DNA of 64,000 nt from Pirellulales bacterium (lineage in GTDB: Bacteria; Planctomycetota; Planctomycetia; Pirellulales; JAEUIK01): positions 86,780 to 150,779 of the forward strand of contig JAIESQ010000013.1 of assembly GCA_019745975.1 (NCBI GenBank), in the 5' to 3' direction. Below the pieces are notes generated by a model. It had not been told where the DNA came from. It saw only the letters and a program-made list of their open reading frames with translations, and did no database searches. The position numbers were made by a program, and so were the translations under genes. The first letter of the stretch is position 1; the number at the start of each line of letters is the position of its first letter. Shown piece by piece: positions 26,441 through 37,681 of this stretch.

Positions 26441-27817
26441 TTAGAACAGCTCTTCGATCGCGTGCTTGCCGAAGTCGACAATCGGGAAGGGGCGCGATTG
26501 CGGGCCGGGGAGCTTTGTTTCCAGATCGAGCCCTAGGCTGCGGAAGACCGTGGCCACGACTTCGCCCGAGTCGACCGGGCGTTCGGCCGGCACGCCGCCG
26601 ATGGGGTCGCTGCGTCCGACGACGCGGCCACCTTGCACGCCGCCGCCAGCGAACATGCTCGTCCAGCATTGTGGCCAGTGGTCGCGACCGCCCGCCGGGT
26701 TCACCTTGGGGGTGCGGCCAAATTCGGCCAATGAGCAGACGAGCGTATCGGCCAACAGCCCGCGATCGTGCAAGTCTTCCAACAGCGCGCTGTACGCCTG
26801 GTCGTACATGGGGGCGACGATATCGCGCATGCCTTCGATCGATGTGAACGGCTTCGAGCCGTGGATGTCCCAGGTGATCTCGTCGAACACGGTAAGAAAC
26901 GTGTTGACGGTGACGAAGCGCACGCCCGCCTCGACCAGGCGACGCGCGAGCAGACAGCACTGGCCGAACCGCGTCTGGCCGTAGCGCTCGCGCACGGGGG
27001 GCGGCTCCTTCGAAAGGTCGAACGCTTCGCGCGCCTGGGGGCTCGTCATCAGGCGGAAGGCCGCTTCGAAATTGCTATCCAATAGCGCTGCGTTATCGCT
27101 GGCTTCGAAGTCGCGCACCGTTTCGTCGACAATCGCCCGCAAGCGGCGGCGCCGCGCCAAGCGCGCTTCGCCGATCTCGGCCGGCGGCAACAGGTCGGGC
27201 ACTTTGAAGTTGTCTTGCGACGGATCGGCCATCAGCACGAACGGATCGTACGCCTTGCCCAAAAAGCCGGCGTCCTGCCCGTGGGGCAAATTGCCGCCGG
27301 TGCGTCCCATGGGCTCGGGCAAGAGAACGTGGGCCGGCAAGTCGGTGCGGCGGCCGAGCAAGTAGTTGGCCACGCAGCCGGCGTGCGGCGTGTTGATACC
27401 GCCGGTGAACAACCGGCCGGTTTGCATCATTTGATGGCCAGTGTCGTGCACCGCCGCGGCGGTGTGATAGCAACTGCGCACCAGCGAGAACTTGTCGGCG
27501 TGCCGGGCCATCCTCGGAAAGATCTCGGAAATCTGAATGTCGCCGCTGGCGGTCGAAATCGGCTGGAACGGGCCGCGAATTTCGGCCGGGGCCTCGGGCT
27601 TCATGTCCCAGGTGTCAAGCTGGCTGGGGGCGCCGAGGTTGAAGATCATGATCACGCTGCGGCTATCGGCCTTGGGATCGACGGCGCCGCGTGCCTGGGC
27701 AGCCAGCAGGTGTGGCAGCGACAGCCCGATGGCCCCCAGCGTGCCGGCTTGCAAAAAATCGCGCCGCGACAGCCCGTCGCAGGTGCGCACCCGGGCGTTG
27801 CTCGTAAGCGTCAGCAT
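26441..27817 (-). CDS. DUF1501 family protein (Tat-like signal)
   Basis: SRRDFLQAG, APSQLDTWDMKP, LLARRLVEAGVRFV, WDIH, EFGRTP, GRDHW. Confidence 0.92.
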   Translation of the reverse strand: MLTLTSNARVRTCDGLSRRDFLQAGTLGAIGLSLPHLLAAQARGAVDPKADSRSVIMIFNLGAPSQLDTWDMKPEAPAEIRGPFQPISTASGDIQISEIFPRMARHADKFSLVRSCYHTAAAVHDTGHQMMQTGRLFTGGINTPHAGCVANYLLGRRTDLPAHVLLPEPMGRTGGNLPHGQDAGFLGKAYDPFVLMADPSQDNFKVPDLLPPAEIGEARLARRRRLRAIVDETVRDFEASDNAALLDSNFEAAFRLMTSPQAREAFDLSKEPPPVRERYGQTRFGQCCLLARRLVEAGVRFVTVNTFLTVFDEITWDIHGSKPFTSIEGMRDIVAPMYDQAYSALLEDLHDRGLLADTLVCSLAEFGRTPKVNPAGGRDHWPQCWTSMFAGGGVQGGRVVGRSDPIGGVPAERPVDSGEVVATVFRSLGLDLETKLPGPQSRPFPIVDFGKHAIEELF

Positions 27818-27953
27818 GAAAACTCTCGCGCAAGTTGAGGCCGTCGCCGAATCGGCGAGTCCATGGCACCGCGTCTTGATGCTAACAACGTGCCCGCCTA
27901 CGATCAACCAAACTGCCCGTTTCCGCGGAAAATCGGAGATTCGAGCCTGGGTA

Positions 27954-28895
27954 TCACTGCACTTCAATGCGCAGCGACATGTCCGTTTCGACCTCTTGCA
28001 AGCGACGGTTGTAGGTCTCAACGATTGTCCTTAGGAGTTCGATAAACCGTGGCTGTTCTCCATCCGCCATTTCGATAATGTTGAGTGCTATGAAGTCCTC
28101 AATCGCCGCGATTGTAAATCGCACGTCAACGCCTTGATCTTCGGCGAGATGACGCGCCCTACCGACCTCGTTGCGCGGAACAAGTAACACGGGATATAGG
28201 CCGGCACCAAGATTGGCAGCACACTTACGAACTACATCGCTCCCCGGTGAAGCGGTAACGTGATAACACGTCGTACCGATCAAGAAATCGCCGCCGCGTC
28301 CCGTTTGCACATCCGCTGCGTGCCCTGCGAAATTAGGGACCGCAACATTGGGATGTCGATGCTCGAGCGTAGCACCGACAAGGTGTTGCTCGACTTTGCC
28401 ACCCGATCGTCCTCTTGCTTCTCCTAGGATCGATGCCACCCAGGCATCGGGGGCCATATGCGGGTCGCAACCGATCTTTAGGTGCTGCCGTCCAAGCCAC
28501 TCTCTGGCCAGCACGACGAGCTTCTCGATCGCTTGCTGCAGGAACGAATCCCGCTGATCGCCGTGCAGGTTGACTAGCCCACGCCCAAAATCGAGCGCCG
28601 CCAACAATCTTTGACCATCTTGATGAGCTTGTCGCGTCGTCACTTCCTTCAAGAACTTGTCCGCGGGAAGGCCGTAGGAACCCAAAGTCTCCGCAAGTCC
28701 GTATCGAGAACCCATGATTTCTCCGCCCGACGAAAGCACGTCCGCGGATTCGAGCGGGCACTTGTTCCGCAAGTGGTTCAAGATAACGATACCAACCGCG
28801 AGCGTGTTTCGAGAAATCTTGCGCTTGCGCGTGCAACTATCCAGCCACTCCGCCAGAGGCTTAAGAAGCGGGTTGCGGGGCGAGCGTCGCGTCAT
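27954..28895 (-). CDS. DUF4928-like protein, putative restriction endonuclease
   Basis: GKVEQHLVGATL, AADVQTGRGGDF...HVTASP; ATGA coupling to the C5 methyltransferase. Confidence 0.7.
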   Translation of the reverse strand: MTRRSPRNPLLKPLAEWLDSCTRKRKISRNTLAVGIVILNHLRNKCPLESADVLSSGGEIMGSRYGLAETLGSYGLPADKFLKEVTTRQAHQDGQRLLAALDFGRGLVNLHGDQRDSFLQQAIEKLVVLAREWLGRQHLKIGCDPHMAPDAWVASILGEARGRSGGKVEQHLVGATLEHRHPNVAVPNFAGHAADVQTGRGGDFLIGTTCYHVTASPGSDVVRKCAANLGAGLYPVLLVPRNEVGRARHLAEDQGVDVRFTIAAIEDFIALNIIEMADGEQPRFIELLRTIVETYNRRLQEVETDMSLRIEVQ

Positions 28896-30469
28896 GCTTG
28901 GTGCTTGAGGACTCGACCACGAAGCATTTCGGTCAAAGCTGGATTCAAGTAGTTATCGATAATCCACTCGATCGCTGGCACGCATACGGCGTCGCCAAAC
29001 CCAAACAGCGCTTGGTTCAATGGTGCCGTGATCTTGTAGCTATCCGGTGTGCCTTGCAGTCGCGCGCATTCACGAGCTGTCATCAGCCGTACGCTAAACT
29101 TGCCACGGCCAGCTTTGAAGAGAATCTGCCGACCACTACCACCGCGAGGCGTTCGCAGGCACCCTGCGATCCCATCGGTTCGCAACTCAGCCATCGACCG
29201 CCCGTTTCGCACTCGACGAAATGCGGTCGCGTAGGTGTAGCGAGGCCCAGCAATCATCCGCTCTGCTGCAGCGGTATGACGCTCGCTAAGTTGTCCAAAG
29301 AAATAAGCCGCCCGGTCTTCATTCCACCATGCTGGGTCACTCGCCGGCAATTCTTCCACGATATCTGCAAGAGTTTGCGAACAACAGGGCGGCGCTGGCA
29401 GTCGACGAATATCCCACTCGATGTTGGGATGGCACGTGATGTAATTCGACAGTACGGGAGGACGAACCGCGCATGGAGGGACGATGCCGCTAGGGTCGTT
29501 AAGACGCGTGCGCTTCGCGACGATGAAAAGACGCGGCCTGCTCTGCGGCGTGAACGACGACGCATTCAGAATAAACGCGTCACAGCAATATCCGACCTCA
29601 TTGAGTGCAGTCATTGCGGTCTCAAAATCGCGACCGTCGTGCGACATCAAGAAGCCGACAACGTTCTCAAGCAAAACTAGGGGTGGCGCCTTTTCGCCAA
29701 GTTCGCGTAAGATGCGGACGAAACCCCAAAAGGCCCCTGATCGCGTACCGTTCAGGCCCTTCATCGCACCCGCAATCGAAAGGTCATTGCATGGGAACGA
29801 CGCGGTATAGATCGCGCACTCAGGCAAGCCATTAGACGCGACACTGTGAATGTCTTCGGTCGACAGATCCGTCGCACCAAAGTTAGCGCGGTACATTGCC
29901 GCCTTCTGTTCGTCAAAGTCATTAGCATATACGACTGGCCATCCGCGACTCTCAAACGCCAATCTCACCAAGCCAATCCCGGCGAAAAACTCGCCAACTT
30001 GGCGGCTCGCTAGAACTGCACTGCTTGACGAGGTCTTACGGTTTTCCAATGCAGCGACGGTCATGCTGACGCACCCCTCAAGGTTCTTCGCTACATCGGT
30101 CGCCCACAGACGCAGCACTGACCAACCCCGGCCTAGAATCTCATGTGTCGTTCGAAAATCACGCTCGATGTTGCGGCGAATCTTCGCGCGCCAGTACGCA
30201 GCGTTTGTGGCGGTTTGGAACTGCTCGTCAACCTGCGCTAGCCTCCGAGTGCGCCACTGATGTCCATGCCAGAAATCGCCATCGATGAATACTGCAAGGC
30301 GTTGCCTCGGGAAAACCAAGTCGGGTCGACCGGGCAACCGCGGATCGTGAATTCGAAAGCGGAACCCGAGCCTCCAGACTGCACGGCGAAAGGAAAGTTC
30401 CGGCTGCGTGTCCACAGAGCGCACGCGGGCCATTCGCTCGCTGCGTTCACTAGGTGTTAATACGTCCAT
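28892..30469 (-). CDS. Vsr endonuclease - C5 DNA cytosine methyltransferase fusion
   Basis: Vsr: RSERMARVRSVDTQPE, LPGRPDLVF, FIDGDFWHGH; MTase motifs I FFAGIG, IV FPC, VI ENV, VIII QSRPR, IX RECARLQG, X FGDAV in one frame. Confidence 0.9.
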   Translation of the reverse strand: MDVLTPSERSERMARVRSVDTQPELSFRRAVWRLGFRFRIHDPRLPGRPDLVFPRQRLAVFIDGDFWHGHQWRTRRLAQVDEQFQTATNAAYWRAKIRRNIERDFRTTHEILGRGWSVLRLWATDVAKNLEGCVSMTVAALENRKTSSSSAVLASRQVGEFFAGIGLVRLAFESRGWPVVYANDFDEQKAAMYRANFGATDLSTEDIHSVASNGLPECAIYTASFPCNDLSIAGAMKGLNGTRSGAFWGFVRILRELGEKAPPLVLLENVVGFLMSHDGRDFETAMTALNEVGYCCDAFILNASSFTPQSRPRLFIVAKRTRLNDPSGIVPPCAVRPPVLSNYITCHPNIEWDIRRLPAPPCCSQTLADIVEELPASDPAWWNEDRAAYFFGQLSERHTAAAERMIAGPRYTYATAFRRVRNGRSMAELRTDGIAGCLRTPRGGSGRQILFKAGRGKFSVRLMTARECARLQGTPDSYKITAPLNQALFGFGDAVCVPAIEWIIDNYLNPALTEMLRGRVLKHQA

Positions 30470-30516
30470 GCTGTACGGATGTGCATTCTAGCGACTGATG
30501 GTACAACGTCAACTTT

Positions 30517-31500
30517 TTGTATGCCGCTGAAATTCGCAGGCGAGGCAAGCGCAATATGGCTGGGAAAACGCATAGCAGCTACGAAGCAATCGCGTCGTCT
30601 GCCCTGCCACCGCAGGCCGAGAATCGAGAGGTCCCACGCAAGAAGGCAATCGCATCCGATTGGCGGATCATATGCGATGATGTCGCGATTGGCCTAGGGG
30701 CCATCGACAACGCAACGGTTGATCTTACGATCACGTCGCCGCCGTATTATCGACATCGCGATTACGGCGTCGAAGGCCAGATCGGAGCAGAGCCGCACAT
30801 CAGAGCCTACGTTGACCAGTTTCGGCGTGTGTTCTCGGAGCTGCTACGAGTCACGACTCCTGTCGGAACCTGCTTCGTCGTGATTGGAGACACTTATCGA
30901 CATCAGGAGCTATTGCTGATTCCGCATCGATTGGCGTTGCTTGCGGCGGAATGCGGTTGGATTGTCAGGAATGACATAATCTGGAGCAAACTCGATCCAC
31001 CACCGGAAAGCCCTCGCAACCGATGGCGTACCGGGCACGAGCATATTCTGTTTCTTACCAAGAACCGGTCGAGGTACAAATTCAACGCCGACTCTATTCG
31101 GGTTCCATATGCTCAAGCGACAATCAAACGCTGGGGGAATGGCCAAGTTTACGGCGGCCAGAAGAGTAGCCAACGGCAGCTTCCGAAGGATTCTCGAATG
31201 CGCCATGGCAAGTCGTTCCGACTTAACCCGAATGGGTGCATTCCCACCGACGTTTGGACGCTTCCGGCGGGCGATTCCTCCGTACGCCACTACGCCACCT
31301 TTCCTGAGCGATTGATCCAACCCATTGTCGAAGTGTGCAGCGAGCCAGGAGACCTGGTGCTAGATCCGTTTGCGGGAAGCGGCACCACGTGCCGAGTAGC
31401 GATCCTTATGGGCCGGAGAACAATCGGCATTGAGTTGAATCCAGAATATGCCGAGTTGGCAAGGAAACAGTTGAAAGAGCTGAGTACGAGGACAGACTAG
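30517..31500 (+). CDS. Beta-class N4/N6 DNA methyltransferase
   Basis: TSPPY catalytic motif precedes LDPFAGSGTT SAM-binding motif; HYATFPERL; start could be 30556. Confidence 0.92.
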   Translation: MYAAEIRRRGKRNMAGKTHSSYEAIASSALPPQAENREVPRKKAIASDWRIICDDVAIGLGAIDNATVDLTITSPPYYRHRDYGVEGQIGAEPHIRAYVDQFRRVFSELLRVTTPVGTCFVVIGDTYRHQELLLIPHRLALLAAECGWIVRNDIIWSKLDPPPESPRNRWRTGHEHILFLTKNRSRYKFNADSIRVPYAQATIKRWGNGQVYGGQKSSQRQLPKDSRMRHGKSFRLNPNGCIPTDVWTLPAGDSSVRHYATFPERLIQPIVEVCSEPGDLVLDPFAGSGTTCRVAILMGRRTIGIELNPEYAELARKQLKELSTRTD

Positions 31501-31584
31501 CCAAAGATACTCAAGCGCGATTGCAAATGGTGGAATCCATTCCACTAGCCGATTCAAGACTTGGCACCAAAGGGCACTTACTCC

Positions 31585-32736
31585 ATGCTCACCCTCGAAG
31601 GATGCCGGCAGCGACGCCAGCGGCTCTGGGACCGGGTCGACGGCAAGGTCGATTGGATTGTCATCGCCGATCCCCAGCACCTCGTTTACCTGGCCAATTA
31701 CTACCAGTCGCCATTTATTTTTCGCAGCACCAATGGTGCCGCGATTCTCGTGCTCGGCCGCGATGGCTCGGCGACTCTCGTTTGCGATAACCAATTGAAG
31801 GTCTACGCCGACGAAGCGTTCGTCGACACGATCGTTGCCCCCACCTGGTACAACGGTCAGACGAGCGCGCCTTCGCGCCGCGAGAAACTCGTGGCCAGCG
31901 CGCTTGAACATCTCAAGAGCTGCCCGGGAGACGTAATCGGCGTGGAAGCCGCGGCCGTGCCAACAGGCCTCGTCGAAGGGCTGCGCGCCGCGCGGTCGAA
32001 GCTGCATTTGCAGGCCGTCGATCAGATTCTGTTTGATCTGAAGCGGGCGAAGGACCCCGACGAATTGGCCGTGCTGCGCCGGGCGATGGCCGCGGTCGAC
32101 GCCGCCGAGCTGGCGGCGTTGCGCGGCGTCAAGCCGGGCATGACCGAACACGATTTCTTCCGGCTGGTGCAGGCGGCTTCGTGCGAAGCGGCCGGCGAGG
32201 CGGTGCAGATCTATGGCGACTTTGTCTCGGGTCCGCGCTGCGAAAAGGTGGGTGGGCCGCCGAGCGATCGCGTGATCGAGCGCGGCGACCTGGTGATTCT
32301 CGACACGTCGGTGATCGTGCGCGGCTATCGCGGCGACGTCTGCAATACGTTTGTCTGCGGCGCGACGCCGACCGCCGAGCAACGCCGCTTGTTCGAAGCC
32401 TGTCAGGAAGCGCTGGCCGCCGGCGTTGAGCAAGTGCGCGCCGGCCGCGCCGCCCGCGATATCGACGCGGCCGTGCGGTCGAGTTTCGCCGGCAAGCACC
32501 TGGCCGAGAATTTTCGTTCGCACTCGGGACACGGGATCGGCCTGGGACATCCCGATCCGCCGTATCTTGTGCCCGAGAGCACCGACACGCTGGTGGCCGG
32601 CGACGTGATCGCCATCGAACCGGGGCAATACATCACCGGCGTCGCCGGCATGCGTTACGAGCGCAACTACCTGGTGACCGACACCGGCTGCGAAGTGCTC
32701 ACGCACTTGCCGCACCAGCTCGATCAGGAGGCGTGA
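31585..32736 (+). CDS. Xaa-Pro aminopeptidase (M24 family)
   Basis: LDTS...YRGDVCNT, HSGHGIG, IEPGQY, RYE metal ligands. Confidence 0.9.
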   Translation: MLTLEGCRQRRQRLWDRVDGKVDWIVIADPQHLVYLANYYQSPFIFRSTNGAAILVLGRDGSATLVCDNQLKVYADEAFVDTIVAPTWYNGQTSAPSRREKLVASALEHLKSCPGDVIGVEAAAVPTGLVEGLRAARSKLHLQAVDQILFDLKRAKDPDELAVLRRAMAAVDAAELAALRGVKPGMTEHDFFRLVQAASCEAAGEAVQIYGDFVSGPRCEKVGGPPSDRVIERGDLVILDTSVIVRGYRGDVCNTFVCGATPTAEQRRLFEACQEALAAGVEQVRAGRAARDIDAAVRSSFAGKHLAENFRSHSGHGIGLGHPDPPYLVPESTDTLVAGDVIAIEPGQYITGVAGMRYERNYLVTDTGCEVLTHLPHQLDQEA

Positions 32737-32742
32737 CAGGAG

Positions 32743-32879
32743 CTAGAAGCAGTTTCAAAACCGGCGATGAACCGACGTCGGGTGCCACTGCTAGAAGCGT
32801 CTAGCAGTGCTGTGTCGAACCTGGCACTGCTGGGCAAGCCAGCAGTCGCACCCAAATCAGGTTTTGAAACTGATTCTAG
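32743..32879. mobile_element. MITE-like element (CTAG ends, TIR AAGCAGTTTCAAAACC) enclosing a family-A REP doublet
   Basis: Terminal inverted repeats plus a second similar copy at 39398-39533. Confidence 0.78.
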
Positions 32880-34600
32880 GGATTCCAACCCTGGGTAACC
32901 CACAGCTCGAAATTCTCAAGCTGGCTGATCGGTTCGCGGCGGTCGAGCGGCACGTGGGAATACGTTTGAAGATGTGCGAGCAAGAAGACTTTGACTTGCA
33001 GCATCCACGTTTCAAGGTAGGGGCGCGGGCGCCAACCCGTTTTGGGATGCGGCGCGGGGTCGATTCGTGGCGCTAAGCTCCCGGGCGGGATAGACCGCCA
33101 GCCTCCCCCGACCAGCCAGACACGATGGCCGGATCGCAGCGCCGCTTCGATCTGGGCCACGAGCGGCGCCAGCGGCTCGCGCTCGGTCATGCGCTGCTTC
33201 AGCAAATCAAATCGGTGCAGCGCTGTAGTCTCCAAAGAGGGCAATGTCGTCCACGCCGCGGCGCCGTGGTAGTAACGGTGGAACGTCACGCCGGCATACC
33301 AAGGGCTGACGATGACCAGGTCGCCCGGCTCGGCGCGTTCGTTCAGCCGCGCGGCGATCTGGTCGAGATTGGATTGTCGCTGGTCGAGGATGTCGAAATC
33401 GGCCGACAGGCCCAGCACCAGTCCAAGTGCCAACAGGGCGATGCGCCACGCGCCGGCATTGCGCAATCCGGCCAGGGCGGCGTCGAGGGCCGCGGCCAAT
33501 AGCGCGATGGTCGGCAAATAGTGCCAGGCGCGCGCCGGCACGCGCATCCACCAGAAAAACAGGAGCATCCCCGGCACCGCCAGCGCGACGACCAAGACCG
33601 CGAACGCTGAGATTTCACTTGCAGGATGGCGCTCGCGGCTAGCTGCAGGGACCTCCGGGAGCGCGTCCCTTCGAACACGCTGTGTTCGCATCGCATGGCA
33701 GCCGCGCCAGGCGACGATCGATGCGGCAGCGCAGCAACCGCCCCAGAGCCAGGCAAATGCCGATGTCGGCTCGGCGAGCGCATCAAGGAGGCGTTGCCAG
33801 ACGTAACTGAAACTCACGTCCTCTAAGGTTAAGGCCGACCACTCGCTCGCCGCCCTCACCTGGCCAGCGTACGGCAGCAACGAGGTCGCCGCGGCCAATC
33901 CCAGCGCGATAGCGATCGCGGCCAGCTTCCAGCGGCCGGATGCCAAGGCGACGAGTGTCGCGGCGGTCACAAGTGCGGCAACCAGGACTGTGCTGGAATA
34001 AACGGTCTGCACGCTGGCGATTAGTGAGAGGGCCGCCAGCATCGCGCGTGGCCATGTCGGCCGCTCGAGCAGCTTGGCAACCAGGCCAAAGGAAAGCACC
34101 ACCCACAGCACACCTAAGCCATAGGGGCGAACCGCATCGCCGTAGCGGATCGAGATCGGGCTCATGCCCCAGAGCGCCAGCGCGACCGTAGGCCCAGTGC
34201 GATACAAAGCGAGCGTACAACCGGCCATTGCCGCCAAAATGGCGATTCCCACCAGGAAACCGAACTTGCGCAACGATGCATCGCTGTCGCCGAAGACGCG
34301 CGACCAGGCGCGGAAGGCCGCGGTGGCCAGCGGCGGAAAACTGTCGTTAGGCATTGCCTGCCAGACGTCGCTCCACGCCGGCAGTGTCGCCAGCGCGGCG
34401 GTTTGGGCTTCGTCGCGCCAGAGCGGTCCGGCATGACGGTAGTTGCGGAGGTGTAACCCTAGTATCAGCAGCATGGCCGCGAGCGCCGCGATCCATTCGG
34501 CCGCCCGAGCGAGCCGCGCGGCGTCAAACGCGATGCTGCCGCGCGACGACGCCGGGAGCGGCGTTGCGCTGGTCGTCGGTTTTCTTGGACTGTCGATCAT
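32876..34600 (-). CDS. GT-C/PMT-like multi-pass membrane protein
   Basis: LWRDEA motif, VRPYGL, many TM segments; start uncertain (ORF open to 34681). Confidence 0.75.
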   Translation of the reverse strand: MIDSPRKPTTSATPLPASSRGSIAFDAARLARAAEWIAALAAMLLILGLHLRNYRHAGPLWRDEAQTAALATLPAWSDVWQAMPNDSFPPLATAAFRAWSRVFGDSDASLRKFGFLVGIAILAAMAGCTLALYRTGPTVALALWGMSPISIRYGDAVRPYGLGVLWVVLSFGLVAKLLERPTWPRAMLAALSLIASVQTVYSSTVLVAALVTAATLVALASGRWKLAAIAIALGLAAATSLLPYAGQVRAASEWSALTLEDVSFSYVWQRLLDALAEPTSAFAWLWGGCCAAASIVAWRGCHAMRTQRVRRDALPEVPAASRERHPASEISAFAVLVVALAVPGMLLFFWWMRVPARAWHYLPTIALLAAALDAALAGLRNAGAWRIALLALGLVLGLSADFDILDQRQSNLDQIAARLNERAEPGDLVIVSPWYAGVTFHRYYHGAAAWTTLPSLETTALHRFDLLKQRMTEREPLAPLVAQIEAALRSGHRVWLVGGGWRSIPPGSLAPRIDPAPHPKTGWRPRPYLETWMLQVKVFLLAHLQTYSHVPLDRREPISQLENFELWVTQGWNP

Positions 34601-34725
34601 GGGCCGATTGTGCAGGTCGATTGCAAAGAGAGTACCATGACGCCTGCCGGTGACCGCCGCCCAAATGGCAGTTTCGCTCAAAGCGTCCCCGCAAGAATCA
34701 ACGCACGCCCGTAGGAGCCTTAGTC

Positions 34726-36582
34726 ATGACGATCCGCCCGACGCACACGATCTGGTTCGCTTGTTGGGTGCTTCTGGTCGCGCTCGTGGTTCCCTTCGCG
34801 CAGATCCGAGCCGCTGACGACGCCCCTGCCGCCGAAGCGGCGCCGGCTACCGAAACACCAGCCGCGGCGCCGGCCGAGCGCATCGAGCAGATTCGTAGCC
34901 GCACGGAAGCTGCCGTGGCCACGGCCCGCGGCGATCGCGCGCAGTTGGTAGCGGCGTATAAGGCGCGCCGCGCGGAACTAGCGGCGCTAGCTAACGAAGC
35001 CGAAGCCGGCGATCCCTCCAAGCTGACCGTGGCCGACCATCGGGCCTTGGCCGATGTCTACAGTCGCGACCTGCAGCGGCCCGACGACGCGGCGCGTCAC
35101 GCCCAGGCCGCGCTCGACGCGGAGCCGGCCGATCCCCAAGCATGGGCAATACTAATCAATGCCCAGGCATCGAATCCCAACACATTAACTAATGCCGAAG
35201 CCAGTCTCGCCAAGGCGGCGCAGGTGCTCACACCCGAACAGGTGGCCCCGCTTCATGCCGCGATCGCCAGTTGGCAGATGCGCGGCAGGCAACACCGCGC
35301 GGCGGGCGATCACTTGGCGGCGTTTCTGGAACTGGGGCGTGGCCAGCTTCTGGGTCAGGGGCAACCGGCAGGCTCCTATGTGCGACGTGTCGAACAGGCC
35401 GTCGCGGCCTACGGAAGTGCCAAAGCAGAGGACGTGGCGCTCAAGTTGATCGAACGCGAACTGGCGGCACTGGGGACCGACGAGGCCCGCCAAGGCAAGC
35501 TGGCTTCGCCGCAGGTGGTGGCGGAGTTGACGGCCTTGAAGATCAGGCAACTCGTGCGAATGGGTCAGACCGACGCCGGCCGCGCGCTACTCGACGAATC
35601 GCTCCGCAATGCCCGCTCGGCGTACGACGCCGCGCCCGAAGATGCCGCGGCCCTGCAAGCGCTGTTGCCCTTTGCGCGACTTGAGTGGGAACAATCGAGG
35701 GCCAGCGCGCCATCGGCGGACGCGTCTGCTGCCGCCCAACCCGCGCTGTATCTGCAGCTCTTGGGCAAAGTGCTCAAGGATGACAAGGTCGACGCCGCGG
35801 TGCGTCGCGCCACGACCGAAGCGGCATTGGCTGCCGGCTTGCAACTCCTCTCCGACGACAACTTCGCCGATGCTGACGTAATCGCGAAGCACTTGGGCGA
35901 AGCACTCGTTCCCGAAGCCGAGCCGCCAGCGGCCGCCGCGGCCGCGCGCGTGCCGATCGATTCGCTGCAGAACCAGGTGCGCTCATTCATCCGGCGCGTG
36001 GCCAGCGAGCAAGCCCGCATGGCGCTCATTGGGCAACCCGCCTTCCCGCTGGAGACCGATGCCTGGGTCAACGGCGATCCGCTGACCGACGAAGACCTCA
36101 AGGGCAAGATCGTGCTTCTGGATTTTTGGGCCGTGTGGTGCGGACCGTGCATCGCCTGCTTCCCGCACTTGCGCGACTGGCATGAAAAGTACGCCGATCG
36201 CGGACTGGTGATCATCGGCCTCACGAAGTACTACAAGTATGGCTGGGACGCCGCCGCAGGGCGCGGCACCAAGATTGACGACATCACGCCTGAGGACGAG
36301 CGTGGGGCGCTGGTCCAATTCGCCGCGCATTACGAGCTCAAGCATCGCCTGGCCTACATGCCCGAGGGGGCCACGCTTTCCCAGCGGTATGGGGTGACCG
36401 GCATCCCGCAGATGGTGCTGATTGACCGCGAGGGAAAAGTGCGGATGATCCGCGTGGGGAGCGGGGAGGCCAACGCTCATGATTTAGAAACGCTCATCGA
36501 GGAGCTGTTAGCGTCCCCGACGAGCACCGCGGGCAGCGGCAATGAAACCGAGGCCGCAACCCCGGCCGAAAGCACCCCGTGA
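34726..36582 (+). CDS. Secreted TlpA-like thiol-disulfide oxidoreductase with helical-repeat N-terminus
   Basis: Signal peptide; LKGKIVLLDFWAVWCGPC; GIPQMVLIDREG. Confidence 0.88.
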   Translation: MTIRPTHTIWFACWVLLVALVVPFAQIRAADDAPAAEAAPATETPAAAPAERIEQIRSRTEAAVATARGDRAQLVAAYKARRAELAALANEAEAGDPSKLTVADHRALADVYSRDLQRPDDAARHAQAALDAEPADPQAWAILINAQASNPNTLTNAEASLAKAAQVLTPEQVAPLHAAIASWQMRGRQHRAAGDHLAAFLELGRGQLLGQGQPAGSYVRRVEQAVAAYGSAKAEDVALKLIERELAALGTDEARQGKLASPQVVAELTALKIRQLVRMGQTDAGRALLDESLRNARSAYDAAPEDAAALQALLPFARLEWEQSRASAPSADASAAAQPALYLQLLGKVLKDDKVDAAVRRATTEAALAAGLQLLSDDNFADADVIAKHLGEALVPEAEPPAAAAAARVPIDSLQNQVRSFIRRVASEQARMALIGQPAFPLETDAWVNGDPLTDEDLKGKIVLLDFWAVWCGPCIACFPHLRDWHEKYADRGLVIIGLTKYYKYGWDAAAGRGTKIDDITPEDERGALVQFAAHYELKHRLAYMPEGATLSQRYGVTGIPQMVLIDREGKVRMIRVGSGEANAHDLETLIEELLASPTSTAGSGNETEAATPAESTP

Positions 36583-36736
36583 CCGAGCAAATAGCCAGAT
36601 TGGCCGGAGCATTTTGACAACCGCCTGCCGGGCAGATAGTTTGCCCAGAGCGAGCCAGCGGCGGTTTCAACTGCTGCCGCGGGCGCCTCTCCCTTGCCAA
36701 GCCTGGTTTGAATTCATCCGCACAAGGAGATTGACC

Positions 36737-37330
<594 letters not shown>

Positions 37331-37360
37331 GTGTGAGCGCGGCACGTTTGCTTCGAACAC

Positions 37361-37431
37361 AAGCCCAGGGTAGATGGTCGTCGCGCGGCGTGGGATCGTG
37401 CGGTTTGGGCCATCTACCCTGGGCTTTTTTT
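37361..37431 (+). terminator. Long-stem intrinsic terminator-like hairpin
   Basis: 17-bp perfect stem AAGCCCAGGGTAGATGG / CCATCTACCCTGGGCTT followed by T run. Confidence 0.7.
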
Positions 37432-37681
37432 GCACACGTCTCGACCGATTTCGACCGCATTTGACCGCGCCGCAACTCCTGACTACGATGGGTTTTCGAG
37501 CAGTCGCTGCCGAAGTCGCCGGCGGCCGACCGCCTCACGGCGACCGCCCTTGCCCGACCGGAACTGGGCGCTGGGACGAGTCGGACGTGGAACCTATTCC
37601 CAAGTTGGCCCTCGAACGAGCCGCGCCCAGGGATGCAGCGCCGGCCGCTATTTCGAGCTTCCCCATTGAGGAGAGTGCGTC

